A stretch of DNA of 64,000 nt from assembly GCA_018712385.1 (NCBI GenBank), contig DVHC01000062.1, positions 5,624 to 69,623 on the forward strand, read 5' to 3'. Source of the DNA: Candidatus Onthousia excrementipullorum (GTDB lineage Bacteria > Bacillota_I > Bacilli_A > RF39 > UBA660). Shown one piece after another: positions 1 to 10,555 of the stretch. Made by a program: the position numbers and the translations under genes. Each line of letters begins with the position of its first letter. Position 1 is the first letter of the stretch. A model generated the notes under the pieces. That model saw only the letters and a program-made list of their open reading frames with translations. It was not told where the DNA came from and did no database searches.

Positions 1-175
1 TATATAGTGGTAATTGTCCACCTTCGAATACTGGTGAAACTCCGCCACCACTACGAGCGTTTTGTCCTTTTTGTCCACGTCCAGATGTTTTACCAAGTCC
101 TGAACCTCTTCCACGTCCTACTATCTTTTTACGGAAAGTAGCACCTTCATTTTTCTTTAATTCATGTAACTTCAT
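1..175 (-). CDS. rplO: 50S ribosomal protein L15, N-terminal part; gene continues beyond the window edge
   Basis: Reverse-complement translation from the ATG at 175-173 gives [45 protein letters not shown]..., a typical L15 N-terminus. It sits directly downstream of rpsE. Confidence 0.8.
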   Translation of the reverse strand, partial: MKLHELKKNEGATFRKKIVGRGRGSGLGKTSGRGQKGQNARSGGGVSPVFEGGQLPLY

Positions 176-684
176 TATCCTAAAATCTCCTCTACACTTT
201 TACCACGAAGTTTTGCAACTTCTTCAGCAGTTTTAATACTCTTTAGACCATTTATAGCAGCATTTGCCATATTTAGTTTAGTTCTAGCTCCAAGAGATTT
301 TGATACAACATCACGAACTCCAGCTAGTTCAAGGACAGCTCTAACACTACCTCCAGCAATGATACCAGTACCTTCTTTAGCTGGTTTTAACATTACTCTA
401 GCAGCTCCTGCTACTCCTATTACTTCATGAGCAATAGTTCTTCCATTTATTAAATCTATAGTAATCATATTCTTATTAGCATCTTGAATTGCTTTCTTAA
501 TAGCATCTGGTACTTCAAAAGCTTTACCTGTACCGATACCAACATGTCCTTTACGATCTCCAACAACAACAACTGCTGAAAAACGACGTTGACGTCCACC
601 TTTAGTAACTTTAACTACACTTTTAAGTTGAACGACTAGTTCTTCGAATTGTTTTTCTTTGGCATCGTTTTTTTGTCTTTGCAT
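175..684 (-). CDS. rpsE: 30S ribosomal protein S5
   Basis: 169-aa ORF with the S5 core [21 protein letters not shown]...GIIAGG, in spc-operon order. Confidence 0.95.
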   Translation of the reverse strand: MQRQKNDAKEKQFEELVVQLKSVVKVTKGGRQRRFSAVVVVGDRKGHVGIGTGKAFEVPDAIKKAIQDANKNMITIDLINGRTIAHEVIGVAGAARVMLKPAKEGTGIIAGGSVRAVLELAGVRDVVSKSLGARTKLNMANAAINGLKSIKTAEEVAKLRGKSVEEILG

Positions 685-695
685 ATTTACCCTCC

Positions 696-1058
696 TTAGA
701 ACTCTAGTCCATTTTCACGTGCAGCATCTGCTAATGCTTTAACACGTCCATGATAAAGATATCCACCTCTATCAAATACTACTTTTTTAATGCCAGCTTC
801 ACTACATTTTTTAGCGATACTAGCACCTACAGCAGTAGCTGCTTCAATGTTTGATTTATTCTTTAAATTTAAATCTTTATCTCTAGAAGAAGCAGATACT
901 AAAGTAGTAGAACTCTCATCATCAATAACTTGTGCATAGATTGCAGTGTTTGATCTAAATACATTTAATCTTGGAACTGCACTTGTTCCACTTAAATGAG
1001 TTCTAATTCTAGCATGACGAACTTCTCTCATGCTATTTCTTGACTTTTTACTAATCAT
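696..1058 (-). CDS. rplR: 50S ribosomal protein L18
   Basis: 120 aa; L18-like N-terminus [12 protein letters not shown]; lies between rplF and rpsE. Confidence 0.95.
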   Translation of the reverse strand: MISKKSRNSMREVRHARIRTHLSGTSAVPRLNVFRSNTAIYAQVIDDESSTTLVSASSRDKDLNLKNKSNIEAATAVGASIAKKCSEAGIKKVVFDRGGYLYHGRVKALADAARENGLEF

Positions 1059-1081
1059 ATATTTCTCTCCTTCCTACTAGC

Positions 1082-1612
1082 TTAAGCAGCTTTCTTTCCT
1101 TCTTTACGTCTAATATGTTCATCTTTATAGCGAATACCTTTACCTTTATATGGTTCAGGACGACGTACTTTTCTTATATTAGCAGCAAATTCACCAACTA
1201 AGGCTTTATCAATACCTTTAACAGTTATTTCTGTATTAGATTGTGCTTCTACAGTAAGCCCTTCAGGTATAGTCATTTCTACAGGATGAGAATAACCTGC
1301 ATTAATAGTTAATTTTTTACCACTTACATTGAAACGATATCCAACACCTACTATTTCTAGTCCCTTCTCATATCCTTTAGTTACACCTGTAATCATATTT
1401 TGAAGAAGTGCATTCATTGTTCCATGCATTGCTTTTACTGCATCGCTTACTCTTGTTAATGTTATTTCATTATCTTTTTGTTCCATGCTAATTCCTTTTA
1501 GCATTTTTTGGCTCAAGCTTCCCTTTGGGCCAGTAACTGTTACGATTCCGTTTTCTTCTTTAACTGTTACTCCTGCGGGAACTTCAATTTTACGATTTCC
1601 AATACGGCTCAT
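1082..1612 (-). CDS. rplF: 50S ribosomal protein L6
   Basis: 176 aa; MSRIGNRKIEVPAGV... is a typical L6 N-terminus. Confidence 0.95.
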   Translation of the reverse strand: MSRIGNRKIEVPAGVTVKEENGIVTVTGPKGSLSQKMLKGISMEQKDNEITLTRVSDAVKAMHGTMNALLQNMITGVTKGYEKGLEIVGVGYRFNVSGKKLTINAGYSHPVEMTIPEGLTVEAQSNTEITVKGIDKALVGEFAANIRKVRRPEPYKGKGIRYKDEHIRRKEGKKAA

Positions 1613-1627
1613 TCAAAACACCTCCTT

Positions 1628-2029
1628 TTACCATACATAAGCTAAGACTTCGCCACCAAGTTTTTGTTTTCTAGCTTCTTTATCTGTCATAATTCCCTTA
1701 GATGTAGAAATGATTGCAATTCCTAGTCCATTTAATACTCTTGGAACTTCATCATTTTTAGCATATACTCTAAGTCCTGGTTTAGAAATTCTCTTTAAGC
1801 CTGTTATTACTCTTTCTTTGTTTTCACCATATTTTAATGTTAGAACAATTGTACCTTGTACATCGTTTTTCTCTAACTTGTAATCTTTAATAAATCCTTC
1901 TTCTTTTAAAATTCTTGCTATTTCTAATTTTAATTTTGATGAAGGAACTTTTACTTCTTCATAACGCATAGCATTAGCATTACGAATACGAGTTAACATA
2001 TCTGCAATTGTATCTGTAACTACAGCCAT
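1628..2029 (-). CDS. rpsH: 30S ribosomal protein S8
   Basis: 133 aa; [13 protein letters not shown] is the S8 signature N-terminus. Confidence 0.95.
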   Translation of the reverse strand: MAVVTDTIADMLTRIRNANAMRYEEVKVPSSKLKLEIARILKEEGFIKDYKLEKNDVQGTIVLTLKYGENKERVITGLKRISKPGLRVYAKNDEVPRVLNGLGIAIISTSKGIMTDKEARKQKLGGEVLAYVW

Positions 2030-2057
2030 CTTTTTTCCTCCTTTTCTTTACCAGTCT

Positions 2058-2243
2058 TTACCAACTTGATTTTTTAACGCCTGGTATTTGTCCTTTATAA
2101 GCCAATTCACGGAAGCAAATACGGCAGATTCCAAATTTACTCATAACTGCATGTGGTCTGCCACAACGTGAACAACGAGTATATTCACGTACTTTGTATT
2201 TTGGCTTTCTACTTTGTTTTACAACCATACTTTTTCTTGCCAT
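2058..2243 (-). CDS. rpsN: 30S ribosomal protein S14 type Z (zinc-ribbon form)
   Basis: 61 aa with CSRCGR...CRICFR, the short zinc-binding S14 form usual in Firmicute spc operons. Confidence 0.9.
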   Translation of the reverse strand: MARKSMVVKQSRKPKYKVREYTRCSRCGRPHAVMSKFGICRICFRELAYKGQIPGVKKSSW

Positions 2244-2256
2244 CTTTTTCCCTCCA

Positions 2257-2793
2257 TTACTTTCTAAAAGGAAGTCCTAAACCTTTTAATAGGTCATATG
2301 CTTCTTCATTAGTTTTAGCAGTTGTTACGAATATAATATCCATACCACGTACTTTAACTATTTCATCATAGTTTATTTCACTGAAGATTAATTGTTCTTT
2401 TATACCTAGGGTATAATTACCACGACCATCGAAAGATTTTGGATTAATTCCTCTAAAATCACGAACTTGTGGAAGTGAGATAGATATTAGTTTATCAACA
2501 AAGTTATACATGTTATCACTTCTAAGTGTTACTTTACAACCAATCTTTTGTCCTTCTCTTATCTTGAAACCAGCGATAGATTTTTTAGCTTTTGTAACTA
2601 CTGGCTTTTGTCCTGAGATTTTTTCAAGGTCTGATACTGCTGCATCTAATAATTTAGAGTTTGTAGTAGCATCTCCAACACCCATATTGATAACAACTTT
2701 TTCTAGTTTTGGTACTTCCATTATTGATTTATAACCATATTTACTCATAAGAGCTGGAACTACTTCTTTAGTATATTTTTCTTTTAATGTCAT
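2257..2793 (-). CDS. rplE: 50S ribosomal protein L5
   Basis: L5 homology ([38 protein letters not shown]). Start refined to the ATG at 2793, which has GGAGG 7 nt upstream; the track start at 2811 is GTG. Confidence 0.93.
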   Translation of the reverse strand: MTLKEKYTKEVVPALMSKYGYKSIMEVPKLEKVVINMGVGDATTNSKLLDAAVSDLEKISGQKPVVTKAKKSIAGFKIREGQKIGCKVTLRSDNMYNFVDKLISISLPQVRDFRGINPKSFDGRGNYTLGIKEQLIFSEINYDEIVKVRGMDIIFVTTAKTNEEAYDLLKGLGLPFRK

Positions 2794-2810
2794 TTTGTTA
2801 CCTCCTTCCA

Positions 2811-3119
2811 CTAATCTAGTACTTCTTTAGATTTAGTACTTATTCTTACTTTTTTTCCATTTTTATCTGTTGTATGAGCAATTCTTGTACCTTTTTTAGT
2901 CTTAGGATCAATTATCATAACATTAGATGCGTCAATTGGTGCTTCTATTTCTAGAATTCCACCTGCGTTATTTCCTGTAGGTTTTTGATGTTTCTTAACG
3001 ATATGTACTCCTTCTACAATAACTTTATTTTCGCTTCTAAGTGTTCTGATGATTTTTCCTTCTTTACCTTTATCAGCACCGCTTATAACAACGACTTTAT
3101 CTCCAACTTTTAACTTCAT
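2811..3119 (-). CDS. rplX: 50S ribosomal protein L24
   Basis: 102 aa; [21 protein letters not shown] matches the KOW-domain L24 N-terminus. Confidence 0.93.
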   Translation of the reverse strand: MKLKVGDKVVVISGADKGKEGKIIRTLRSENKVIVEGVHIVKKHQKPTGNNAGGILEIEAPIDASNVMIIDPKTKKGTRIAHTTDKNGKKVRISTKSKEVLD

Positions 3120-3130
3120 AACTTTCCTCC

Positions 3131-3499
3131 TTATAGTACTTCTTTCGCAAGACTTACTATCTTCATATAGTCTTTATCACGAAGTTCACGTGCTACTGGA
3201 CCAAAGACACGAGTTCCGACTGGACTTTTATCATCTCTAATGATTACGCATGCATTATCATCAAATTTGATATAACTACCATCTTCACGTCTTACTCCTC
3301 TTTTACTTCTAACGATTACAGCTTTTACAACTTTACCTTTAGGAAGTGGTGAATTTGGTATAGCATTTTTAACGGTTCCAACAACTACATCTCCGATATT
3401 TCCAGTTTTAACATGACTTCCTCCTAGCACTCTGATTACTAATAATTCACGTGCTCCTGAGTTGTCTGCAACTTTTAATCTACTTTCTTGTTGTAACAT
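3131..3499 (-). CDS. rplN: 50S ribosomal protein L14
   Basis: 122 aa; [18 protein letters not shown] is the L14 N-terminus. Confidence 0.95.
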   Translation of the reverse strand: MLQQESRLKVADNSGARELLVIRVLGGSHVKTGNIGDVVVGTVKNAIPNSPLPKGKVVKAVIVRSKRGVRREDGSYIKFDDNACVIIRDDKSPVGTRVFGPVARELRDKDYMKIVSLAKEVL

Positions 3500-3524
3500 A
3501 GATTATCCTCCTTTACCTTAAGAG

Positions 3525-3785
3525 TTATAGAATAACTGCTTCTTTTACGATTTCTTTTAAGTAGAAATGTTTAGTCTTAGAAATAGGTTTAGTTTCAACT
3601 ATTCTAACTACATCTCCTACTTTTGCTTTATTTGTTTCATCGTGTACACTGTATTTTTTAGATGATTTAACTCTTTTGTGATATTTTGGGTGCATTTTAT
3701 GTGTTTCAACTAAAACTGTAATAGTTTTATTGTTTTTTGTACTAACAACTTTACCAACTAATTCATGTGTCATTTTCTTTTCCAT
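3525..3785 (-). CDS. rpsQ: 30S ribosomal protein S17
   Basis: 86 aa; the block [18 protein letters not shown]...KKYSVHDE is S17-like. Confidence 0.93.
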   Translation of the reverse strand: MEKKMTHELVGKVVSTKNNKTITVLVETHKMHPKYHKRVKSSKKYSVHDETNKAKVGDVVRIVETKPISKTKHFYLKEIVKEAVIL

Positions 3786-3795
3786 AACTTACCTC

Positions 3796-4008
3796 CTAAT
3801 CAACCTTTTCTTCTTTCTCACGTTCTTTTAAAACGGTTTTTAGTCTTGCTACTTGGTGTCTTAATTCTCTTAGTCTAGAAGGTTTTTCTAGGTTACCCAT
3901 TGCGCCACTAAATCTTAAGTTGAATAGTTCTTCTTTAGATTCTTTTAGTTTAGCATTGATTTCTTCATTTGATAATTCTCTAATTTCTTTAACCTTCATT
4001 TTCGACAC
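3796..4008 (-). CDS. rpmC: 50S ribosomal protein L29
   Basis: 70 aa; [27 protein letters not shown] is L29-like. The true start may be the internal MKVKEIREL. Confidence 0.9.
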   Translation of the reverse strand: MSKMKVKEIRELSNEEINAKLKESKEELFNLRFSGAMGNLEKPSRLRELRHQVARLKTVLKEREKEEKVD

Positions 4009-4420
4009 CTCTACTTTCTTTCTTTACAAATTTGCAAGTTATTGGTAATTTATGGCTTGCTAGTCTTAATGCTTCACGAGCAACTTCTTCAGAAACACCT
4101 GCTACTTCAAACATGATTTTTCCTTCTTTAACTACTGCTACCCATTCTTCAACATTACCTTTACCTTTACCTTGACGAGTACCGATAGGCTTTTTAGTTA
4201 GTGGCATATGTGGGAATATGTTTATCCATACCTTTCCACCACGTTTCATATAACGAGTCATGGCAACACGAGCTGCTTCAATTTGATTTGCTGTAATCCA
4301 TGCTCCTTCTTTAGCTTGTAATCCATACTCACCAAAGTGTAATTCACGATTACCTCTTGATTTGCCTTCGTAAGGTAATCTGTGAACACGACGATATTTA
4401 GTTCTTGATGGTATTAACAC
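3989..4420 (-). CDS. rplP: 50S ribosomal protein L16
   Basis: 143 aa; [14 protein letters not shown]... is the L16 signature. Confidence 0.95.
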   Translation of the reverse strand: MLIPSRTKYRRVHRLPYEGKSRGNRELHFGEYGLQAKEGAWITANQIEAARVAMTRYMKRGGKVWINIFPHMPLTKKPIGTRQGKGKGNVEEWVAVVKEGKIMFEVAGVSEEVAREALRLASHKLPITCKFVKKESRGVENEG

Positions 4421-4421
4421 T

Positions 4422-5123
4422 CTAATTACCTCCTTTAGCTTTTCTTTCTTTTCTTTCTTTTACTTCTTTAGTATCTTTACTTACTTTATTCTTTGATGGT
4501 AGGATTTCACCTTTGTAAATCCATACTTTTACACCAATTTTACCATATGTTGTATCTGCTTCACTTGTAGCATAATCAACATCTGCTCTTAATGTATGTA
4601 GTGGGATAGTTCCTTCTGTATATCCTTCGCTACGAGCCATATCAGCACCACCTAAACGTCCTGATACTTTTGTTTTGATACCTTTAGCTCCTGCTTTCAT
4701 TGCATTTCTAATTGCACGTTTTTGAGCCATTCTAAATGATGCTCTATTTGTAATTTGACTTGCAATTGAATCTGCAACTAGTTGTGCATTTAGGTCAGCT
4801 TTTTTGATATCAACTATTGATATTTGAATATTTTCACCAACGACTTTTGATAGTTTATCCTTAAGTTTTGTAATTTCTTCTCCACCACGACCGATGATAA
4901 CACCTGGACGTGATGTATGAATAGAAACTTCACATTTCTTTGGAGTTCTTTCTATTTCGACTTTGGCAATTCCTGCATTTTTAAGATTTTTTTCAAGGTA
5001 TTCTCTAATTTTAATATCATTTACTAAGACGCTAGATACTTCACCTTTAGGAGCATACCATTTAGCTTCCCAATCTTTGTTGATGCCAAGTCTTAGTCCG
5101 TTTGGATTAACTTTTTGTCCCAT
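4422..5123 (-). CDS. rpsC: 30S ribosomal protein S3
   Basis: 233 aa; [24 protein letters not shown] is the S3 N-terminus (KH domain). Confidence 0.95.
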   Translation of the reverse strand: MGQKVNPNGLRLGINKDWEAKWYAPKGEVSSVLVNDIKIREYLEKNLKNAGIAKVEIERTPKKCEVSIHTSRPGVIIGRGGEEITKLKDKLSKVVGENIQISIVDIKKADLNAQLVADSIASQITNRASFRMAQKRAIRNAMKAGAKGIKTKVSGRLGGADMARSEGYTEGTIPLHTLRADVDYATSEADTTYGKIGVKVWIYKGEILPSKNKVSKDTKEVKERKERKAKGGN

Positions 5124-5138
5124 TATAGTTCCTCCTTA

Positions 5139-5477
5139 TTATTTTGTAGCTTCAGCCACTGTTATTACGATGTGACTTGTTCTTTTATCTTTATGTCCGA
5201 TGCGGCCACGTGAGTCAAATAAAACTCTTTTCATTACGGGACCAGCATCTACACGTGCTTCCTTTACATATAAATTGTTAGCATCCATACCATTATTGTT
5301 AACGGCATTGGCAACTGCTGAATTTAAAACTTTCTTAGTAAGGATAGCAGCTTTTTTATTTGTATTTTCTAATATTGCTAGAGCATCACTTACTTTTTTG
5401 CCACGGATAGTATCGATTACTAAACGAGCTTTAATAGGTGATATTCTTTGCATTTTAGCGATTGCTTTTGCTTCCAT
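5139..5477 (-). CDS. rplV: 50S ribosomal protein L22
   Basis: 112 aa; AKAIAKMQRISPIKARLVIDTIRGKKV is L22-like. Confidence 0.93.
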   Translation of the reverse strand: MEAKAIAKMQRISPIKARLVIDTIRGKKVSDALAILENTNKKAAILTKKVLNSAVANAVNNNGMDANNLYVKEARVDAGPVMKRVLFDSRGRIGHKDKRTSHIVITVAEATK

Positions 5478-5499
5478 TTTCTAACTCCTCCTAGTTTTA

Positions 5500-5766
5500 T
5501 TATTTTTTGTCAGAGCCATGTCCACCATTTTTACGAGTTAAAGCAAATTCTCCTAATTTGTGTCCAACCATGTCTTCAGTAACATAAACGGGGATAAATT
5601 CTTTACCGTTATGAACTGCAAAGGTGTGGCCGATAAATTCAGGAAAGATAGTAGAACGGCGTGACCAAGTTTTAATTACTTCTTTTTTTCCAGTTTCATT
5701 TAATTTTTGAACCTTTTTTAATAGTCTTGGAAATACATAAGGTCCTTTTTTTAAACTTCTAGCCAT
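5500..5766 (-). CDS. rpsS: 30S ribosomal protein S19
   Basis: 88 aa; [11 protein letters not shown]...[29 protein letters not shown] is S19. Confidence 0.95.
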   Translation of the reverse strand: MARSLKKGPYVFPRLLKKVQKLNETGKKEVIKTWSRRSTIFPEFIGHTFAVHNGKEFIPVYVTEDMVGHKLGEFALTRKNGGHGSDKK

Positions 5767-5777
5767 ATTTTATCCTC

Positions 5778-6608
5778 CTATTTACTATTACGACGACGTA
5801 CAATAAATTTGTCTGTCTTTTTATTATTTCTTGTTTTATATCCAAGAGCAGGTTTACCCCATGGAGTAAGAGGTGCCTTACGTCCAACTGGAGCACGTCC
5901 TTCACCACCACCATGTGGATGGTCATTAGGGTTCATAACAGAACCACGAACTGTTGGGCGAATTCCCATATGACGTTTACGTCCTGCTTTACCAAGTTTA
6001 ACTAGGCTGGCATCTTCGTTACCAACAACACCAACTGTAGCCATACAAGTACCAAGTACTTTTCTTTGTTCTCCACTTGATAATCTAATCATTACATATT
6101 TTCCTTCACGTCCAAGGATTTGAGCAGAACTACCAGCACTTCTTGCTAAAGCTGCTCCTTTACCTGGGCGAAGTTCAATGTTATGAATAACAGTACCTAC
6201 TGGAATATTCATAATAGGAAGAGCATTTCCTACTTTGATATCTACGTTTTCACCACTTATTACTTTATCTCCTACTTTTAAGTTCTTAGGAGCGATGATA
6301 TATCTTTTCTCACCATCCATATAGTTAATTAATGCAATATTTGCAGTTCTATTTGGATCGTATTCTATGCTTGCTACAACACCAGCGATATCTTTCTTAT
6401 CTCTTTTAAAGTCGATAATACGATATTTTCTCTTAACTCCGCCACCTTGATGACGAACAGTTATTTTTCCTTGATTATTACGTCCAGAGTTTTTCTTAAG
6501 TGTTACGGTTAAGCTTTTCTCTGGAGTAGATTTAGTAATCTCTTCATTTGTTAGAGTACTCATTCCTCTACGTCCTGGTGTAGTAGGTTTATAATTTCTT
6601 ATTGCCAT
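5778..6608 (-). CDS. rplB: 50S ribosomal protein L2
   Basis: 276 aa; [17 protein letters not shown] plus a C-terminal GGGEGR motif typify L2. Confidence 0.95.
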   Translation of the reverse strand: MAIRNYKPTTPGRRGMSTLTNEEITKSTPEKSLTVTLKKNSGRNNQGKITVRHQGGGVKRKYRIIDFKRDKKDIAGVVASIEYDPNRTANIALINYMDGEKRYIIAPKNLKVGDKVISGENVDIKVGNALPIMNIPVGTVIHNIELRPGKGAALARSAGSSAQILGREGKYVMIRLSSGEQRKVLGTCMATVGVVGNEDASLVKLGKAGRKRHMGIRPTVRGSVMNPNDHPHGGGEGRAPVGRKAPLTPWGKPALGYKTRNNKKTDKFIVRRRNSK

Positions 6609-6624
6609 ATTTTAGTTCCTCCTT

Positions 6625-6906
6625 CTAACCAAGATCAATTTGTTCACCATCAGCTAGAGTTACAATAGCTTTTTTATATCTATTTGTAAGTCCAGTATAG
6701 CGACCAACTCTTCTTTTTTTAGGTTTAACATTTAATGTTCTTATTTCTTTTACATGTACTTTAAAGATTTTTTCAATAGCTTGTTTAATTTCAATTTTAT
6801 TAGCTTTAGAAGAAACCTTAAATACATATTGATTTTTCTCTCCTAGAGCTCCACTTTTTTCTGTGATAACAGGAGCTTTAATTATTTCTAAGTATTTAGT
6901 ATCCAT
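6625..6906 (-). CDS. rplW: 50S ribosomal protein L23
   Basis: 93 aa; IIKAPVITEKS...KYVFKV is L23-like; position between rplD and rplB. Confidence 0.93.
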   Translation of the reverse strand: MDTKYLEIIKAPVITEKSGALGEKNQYVFKVSSKANKIEIKQAIEKIFKVHVKEIRTLNVKPKKRRVGRYTGLTNRYKKAIVTLADGEQIDLG

Positions 6907-7532
6907 TATTTAAGAGCCTCCTCTATCTTTTTAATAGCTTCACTTGTAAAGACTACTACATCAGAGTTAACTAAGTCTAAAACATTTAATTCATTAGCTG
7001 CTATTAAGGCAACATTTGGAATGTTTCTAGATGCTAATATTACATTTTCTGTAAAGTCATCTACTACAAATAGTACTTTTTTATCAGCTACTTTTAATGT
7101 ATTTAATAAAGTCATCATTTCTTTTGTCTTTGGAGCCCTAAATGTTAACTCTTCCATAACGATTACTTCATTATCATTAAATTTATGACTTAAAGCACTC
7201 TTTAATGCTAATCTTCTTTCTTTACGGTTTTGTTTTTTACTGTAATCTCTTGGTACTGGAGTTCCGTAACGTCCTCCACCTACCCATTGTACAGCTCTTA
7301 TTGAACCTTGACGTGCATGTCCAGTTCCTTTTTGTCTCCAAGGTTTACGTCCTCCACCGCTAACTTCTGAACGGTTTTTAGTAGAGTGTGTTCCTTGTCT
7401 TAATGATGCTCTTGCTAAAATAATTGCATCATATAATACTTTATCATTTGGGGTAATAGAAAATATTTCTTCATTTAATTTTAATTCATTTACTTTTTCA
7501 CCTTTAAGATTTAAAAGATCTATCTTTTTCAT
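6906..7532 (-). CDS. rplD: 50S ribosomal protein L4
   Basis: 208 aa; its sequence and place between rplC and rplW fit L4. Confidence 0.93.
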   Translation of the reverse strand: MKKIDLLNLKGEKVNELKLNEEIFSITPNDKVLYDAIILARASLRQGTHSTKNRSEVSGGGRKPWRQKGTGHARQGSIRAVQWVGGGRYGTPVPRDYSKKQNRKERRLALKSALSHKFNDNEVIVMEELTFRAPKTKEMMTLLNTLKVADKKVLFVVDDFTENVILASRNIPNVALIAANELNVLDLVNSDVVVFTSEAIKKIEEALK

Positions 7533-7587
7533 ACTTTTTTTCCTCCTTTCACTACGCTTTAATAAATTTAATTATAGGTAGTGATGA

Positions 7588-8358
7588 TTATTCGTTTGTT
7601 GCTTCGCCAGACTCAGTAGTTGTAGCTTCTTCTACTACTTCTTCAGTATTAGTATTTTCTTCTACTTCTGTAGTAGTTTCTGCTTCTTTCATCTCTTCAT
7701 AAGTGATTAAGTCTTTAGCAGTGTTTTTCTTACCTGGTTTCTTTACAGCTGTTTTAATTACAACTAGTCCTTCTTTTGGTCCAGGAACATTACCTTTAAT
7801 TAAAATTACATTATTTTCTAAGTCTACTGCTACGATTTCAAGATTTTGAACAGTAGAGTTTACGTTACCCATTTGTCCTGGTAATTTCTTACCTTTTAAT
7901 ACGTGCATTGGTCTCATTGTTCCTAAAGAACCAACTCCACGATGATATTGTGAACCATGTCCCATAGGTCCACGGCTTTGATTGTGACGTTTGATTACAC
8001 CTTGGAAACCTTTTCCTTTGCTTACTCCACTAACGTCTACAATTTCACCAGCTTCAAATATGCTAGCATCTAATACTTGTCCTAAAGTGTAATCAGCTAC
8101 ATTTACGCCTTTTATTTCTCTTAAGAAGCGCTTAGGTTCAGTATTAGCTTTAGTGGTATGACCCATTTTTGGTTTATTACTTAGTTTTTCTCTAACTGTC
8201 TTATAACCTAATTGAATTGCTTCGTAACCATCTGTTTCATTAGTTTTGATTTGAGTAACAACATTAGGTTCAACTTCTACAACAGTTACAGGAATAAGTT
8301 TACCATCAGTAGTGAATACTTGAGTCATTCCTTTTTTTGTACCTAAGATTCCTTTCAT
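7588..8358 (-). CDS. rplC: 50S ribosomal protein L3 with an unusual acidic, Thr/Glu-rich C-terminal tail of about 45 aa
   Basis: 256 aa; [16 protein letters not shown]...[12 protein letters not shown] is the L3 core. The tail [29 protein letters not shown] is not found in typical L3. Confidence 0.93.
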   Translation of the reverse strand: MKGILGTKKGMTQVFTTDGKLIPVTVVEVEPNVVTQIKTNETDGYEAIQLGYKTVREKLSNKPKMGHTTKANTEPKRFLREIKGVNVADYTLGQVLDASIFEAGEIVDVSGVSKGKGFQGVIKRHNQSRGPMGHGSQYHRGVGSLGTMRPMHVLKGKKLPGQMGNVNSTVQNLEIVAVDLENNVILIKGNVPGPKEGLVVIKTAVKKPGKKNTAKDLITYEEMKEAETTTEVEENTNTEEVVEEATTTESGEATNE

Positions 8359-8375
8359 TTTTAACTCCTCCTATT

Positions 8376-8687
8376 TTAGATTGTTTTGATTTTGATATCG
8401 ACACCACTTGGTAAATCAAGATGTGCTAATGCATCAATCGTTTCTTTACTTGGGCTTTTAATGTCAATTAATCTCTTGTGTGTTCTTCTTTCGAATTGTT
8501 CACGGCTATCTTTATCTTTGTGAACAGCTCTTAAAATTGTGAATTTTTCAATTTCTGTTGGTAGAGGTACAGGTCCAACTATATCTCCTCCAGTTCTTTT
8601 AATTGTTTCAACAATTTTAGTTACAGCATTGTCAAGTATCTTATGATCATATGCTTTTAACTTAATACGAATCTTTTGTGTTGACAC
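8376..8687 (-). CDS. rpsJ: 30S ribosomal protein S10 (GTG start)
   Basis: 103 aa; [16 protein letters not shown] is the S10 signature. GGGAGGA lies 8 nt upstream of the GTG at 8687. Confidence 0.95.
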   Translation of the reverse strand: MSTQKIRIKLKAYDHKILDNAVTKIVETIKRTGGDIVGPVPLPTEIEKFTILRAVHKDKDSREQFERRTHKRLIDIKSPSKETIDALAHLDLPSGVDIKIKTI

Positions 8688-8860
8688 TATTTACGTCCTC
8701 CCTTCGCCTATATCTAGTATAGACTTGCTCCGTGTGAATAACCCGATAACCAGTTAACAACTCTTCCTGGTGTATCGACAACCTCCCACATCTAAGCAGT
8801 CACACGTAATTAATAATAGCATAGAAAACGCAATAATACAAGCATTTTTTGAAAGTTTTT
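8688..8860 (-). promoter_or_regulatory. 5' leader of the S10 operon (possible structured autoregulatory leader) plus promoter region
   Basis: A roughly 240-nt non-coding gap precedes rpsJ. Its reverse complement holds GC-richer self-complementary stretches (ggaggttgtcgatacaccaggaag...). No canonical -35/-10 could be fixed. Confidence 0.3.
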
Positions 8861-8932
8861 GCAAAAAAAATTGACAATCTTACTTGATAAAGCAGATAAT
8901 GAGATAAAGAAACTGTGTAAAGGAGTCTAGAT

Positions 8933-9511
8933 ATGTTTACAGAAAAAGAAATAGATAATAAAAATCCGAATAATTTAGATGTGTTTTTTGGTTATGCGGC
9001 TTTTACTCCTCTTTATAAGAGTAATTTAATTAATAATGATTTATATGGCTTTTATGAAGATTTTACTATGGGTAGTATTAAAGATATAGATATTCCTATA
9101 AATATTGATAAAGATAAAACAGTTAGAATTTGGAGCAGTAAAAGTAATACTCAAGAGTATTTAAATTTTCTTTACTTTTGTTATAAACTTCCTAATGAGA
9201 TATCTGTTATATTTGTAAATGAATATGATGAATATGTTTATAGTGCAGGTGCATTAAATTACAAAGAAGTTAAAGAATTATTAAAGTATGAACATAAAAT
9301 TACTACGGAAGAAAAAGATAGATATAAAAATGAATGGATAAAACTAGCAAATGAAAATAGTAAGATAAGGCTTTTTAAAAATGATAAAATTATTAGTACT
9401 AACTATGATTATTTAGATGAGTATATTGATAAATATTATGATAAAAATAATATAAGGAAAACGGTTGCTGCTCTTATGGGTAATGATACTGAAAATAATT
9501 TTAAGTTCTGA
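8933..9511 (+). CDS. hypothetical protein (192 aa, Asn/Lys/Tyr-rich, no recognisable motif)
   Basis: ORF with AAAGGAG 8 nt upstream of the ATG. A TTGACA-N18-GATAAT promoter-like element lies at about 8869-8898. Confidence 0.5.
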   Translation: MFTEKEIDNKNPNNLDVFFGYAAFTPLYKSNLINNDLYGFYEDFTMGSIKDIDIPINIDKDKTVRIWSSKSNTQEYLNFLYFCYKLPNEISVIFVNEYDEYVYSAGALNYKEVKELLKYEHKITTEEKDRYKNEWIKLANENSKIRLFKNDKIISTNYDYLDEYIDKYYDKNNIRKTVAALMGNDTENNFKF

Positions 9512-9599
9512 TATTTATAACTTTTTAATTGAAAGAATAAGAACATTTAAATAGTTTTCTATATATTTTTTCAGAAAAGTTTTCAATTCTCTGTTAATC

Positions 9600-9628
9600 T
9601 TGCCTTTTTTAGTAAAATAGTGTATAAT
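9600..9628 (+). promoter_or_regulatory. sigma-A type promoter for the Fic-like/PHP operon (extended -10)
   Basis: TTGCCT (9600-9605), a 17-nt spacer, then TGtTATAAT (TG at 9621-9622, TATAAT at 9623-9628). AGAGGGGGAAG and the ATG at 9657 follow. Confidence 0.6.
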
Positions 9629-9656
9629 ATGATAAATTTTAAGAGGGGGAAGATTT

Positions 9657-10544
9657 ATGTTAACAAGAGAAGAAGTAGAGAAAATGAGAAAGTCAGGAGA
9701 GATACCAACTGTTAATTTAAAAATATTTGATAATATTTATTCATTGCCATTTAGTCAATTTGTAATAGACCATGAAAATGATACAGAAGAGCTTTATACA
9801 CATTATATAGATGATGTATTAGACCTAAAAGATGATAATCTTGGTTCATATCTTAATGCTATTAAATCTGTAGAAATAGTAGATAATCAATCTTTAGAAA
9901 AAGAAGATAGCTTTTTAATGAGTTTATATATGCAAACTGGGAAGACCAATGCAATTGATTTTCTAATTAATAACGGTGTAACTCTTAATAGAGATGCTTT
10001 TATTAATGCCCATAAACTAATTTTAAAAGGAACAAGTAGTCAGAAATTTTCTGATAAAGATCATAGAACAGACAATGAAGCATTTGTTGTTAGAGTAGAA
10101 AACGGTAATCCTAAGATTCGTTATTTTGCTTTACCTTATACTGATATTGAAGAGGCAATTAAGAAAATTATGGAATTTTATAATTCTGATATTTATGATG
10201 ATAGAATATTTCTAAAATCACAAATAATTCATGGACTAGTAGCAGCATTACAATTATTTGATGATGGTAACACTAGATATGCGCGTATTTTACAAAATAT
10301 TAAATTAGGTGAACTTACCAATAAAAAGTATAACTATAATCTTCAACTACCTGCTTTATATGGTACTAGAGCTTATTTTCCACATAGAAATAAATATCGT
10401 GAATTAGTTGGTAACTTAGCTATTAATCCTGGTTATGAAAGTTGGGATGCATGGTTTAATTTTAATTTGAATAGAACTGAAGATGCTATTTTCTTTATAG
10501 ATAATAAATTATCATCTTATAAAAAAATGATTTATAAAAAGTAG
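9657..10544 (+). CDS. Fic/DOC-fold-like protein with a degenerate catalytic motif (QLFDDGNTRYAR in place of HPFxDGNGRxxR)
   Basis: The segment IIHGLVAALQLFDDGNTRYARILQNI aligns to the Fic core helix, but the catalytic His is Gln and the second Gly is Thr. No (S/T)xxxE(G/N) inhibitory motif was found. Confidence 0.45.
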   Translation: MLTREEVEKMRKSGEIPTVNLKIFDNIYSLPFSQFVIDHENDTEELYTHYIDDVLDLKDDNLGSYLNAIKSVEIVDNQSLEKEDSFLMSLYMQTGKTNAIDFLINNGVTLNRDAFINAHKLILKGTSSQKFSDKDHRTDNEAFVVRVENGNPKIRYFALPYTDIEEAIKKIMEFYNSDIYDDRIFLKSQIIHGLVAALQLFDDGNTRYARILQNIKLGELTNKKYNYNLQLPALYGTRAYFPHRNKYRELVGNLAINPGYESWDAWFNFNLNRTEDAIFFIDNKLSSYKKMIYKK

Positions 10545-10555
10545 AGGTTTGGCAA

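Noticed and set aside
2153-2371. Plus-strand ORFs antisense to ribosomal-protein genes (2153..2371, 2510..2734, 3049..3240, 4963..5175, 5200..5484)
   Set aside because: They lie entirely inside highly conserved minus-strand ribosomal genes and have low-complexity hydrophobic translations with no RBS. They are typical shadow ORFs of AT-rich coding DNA.
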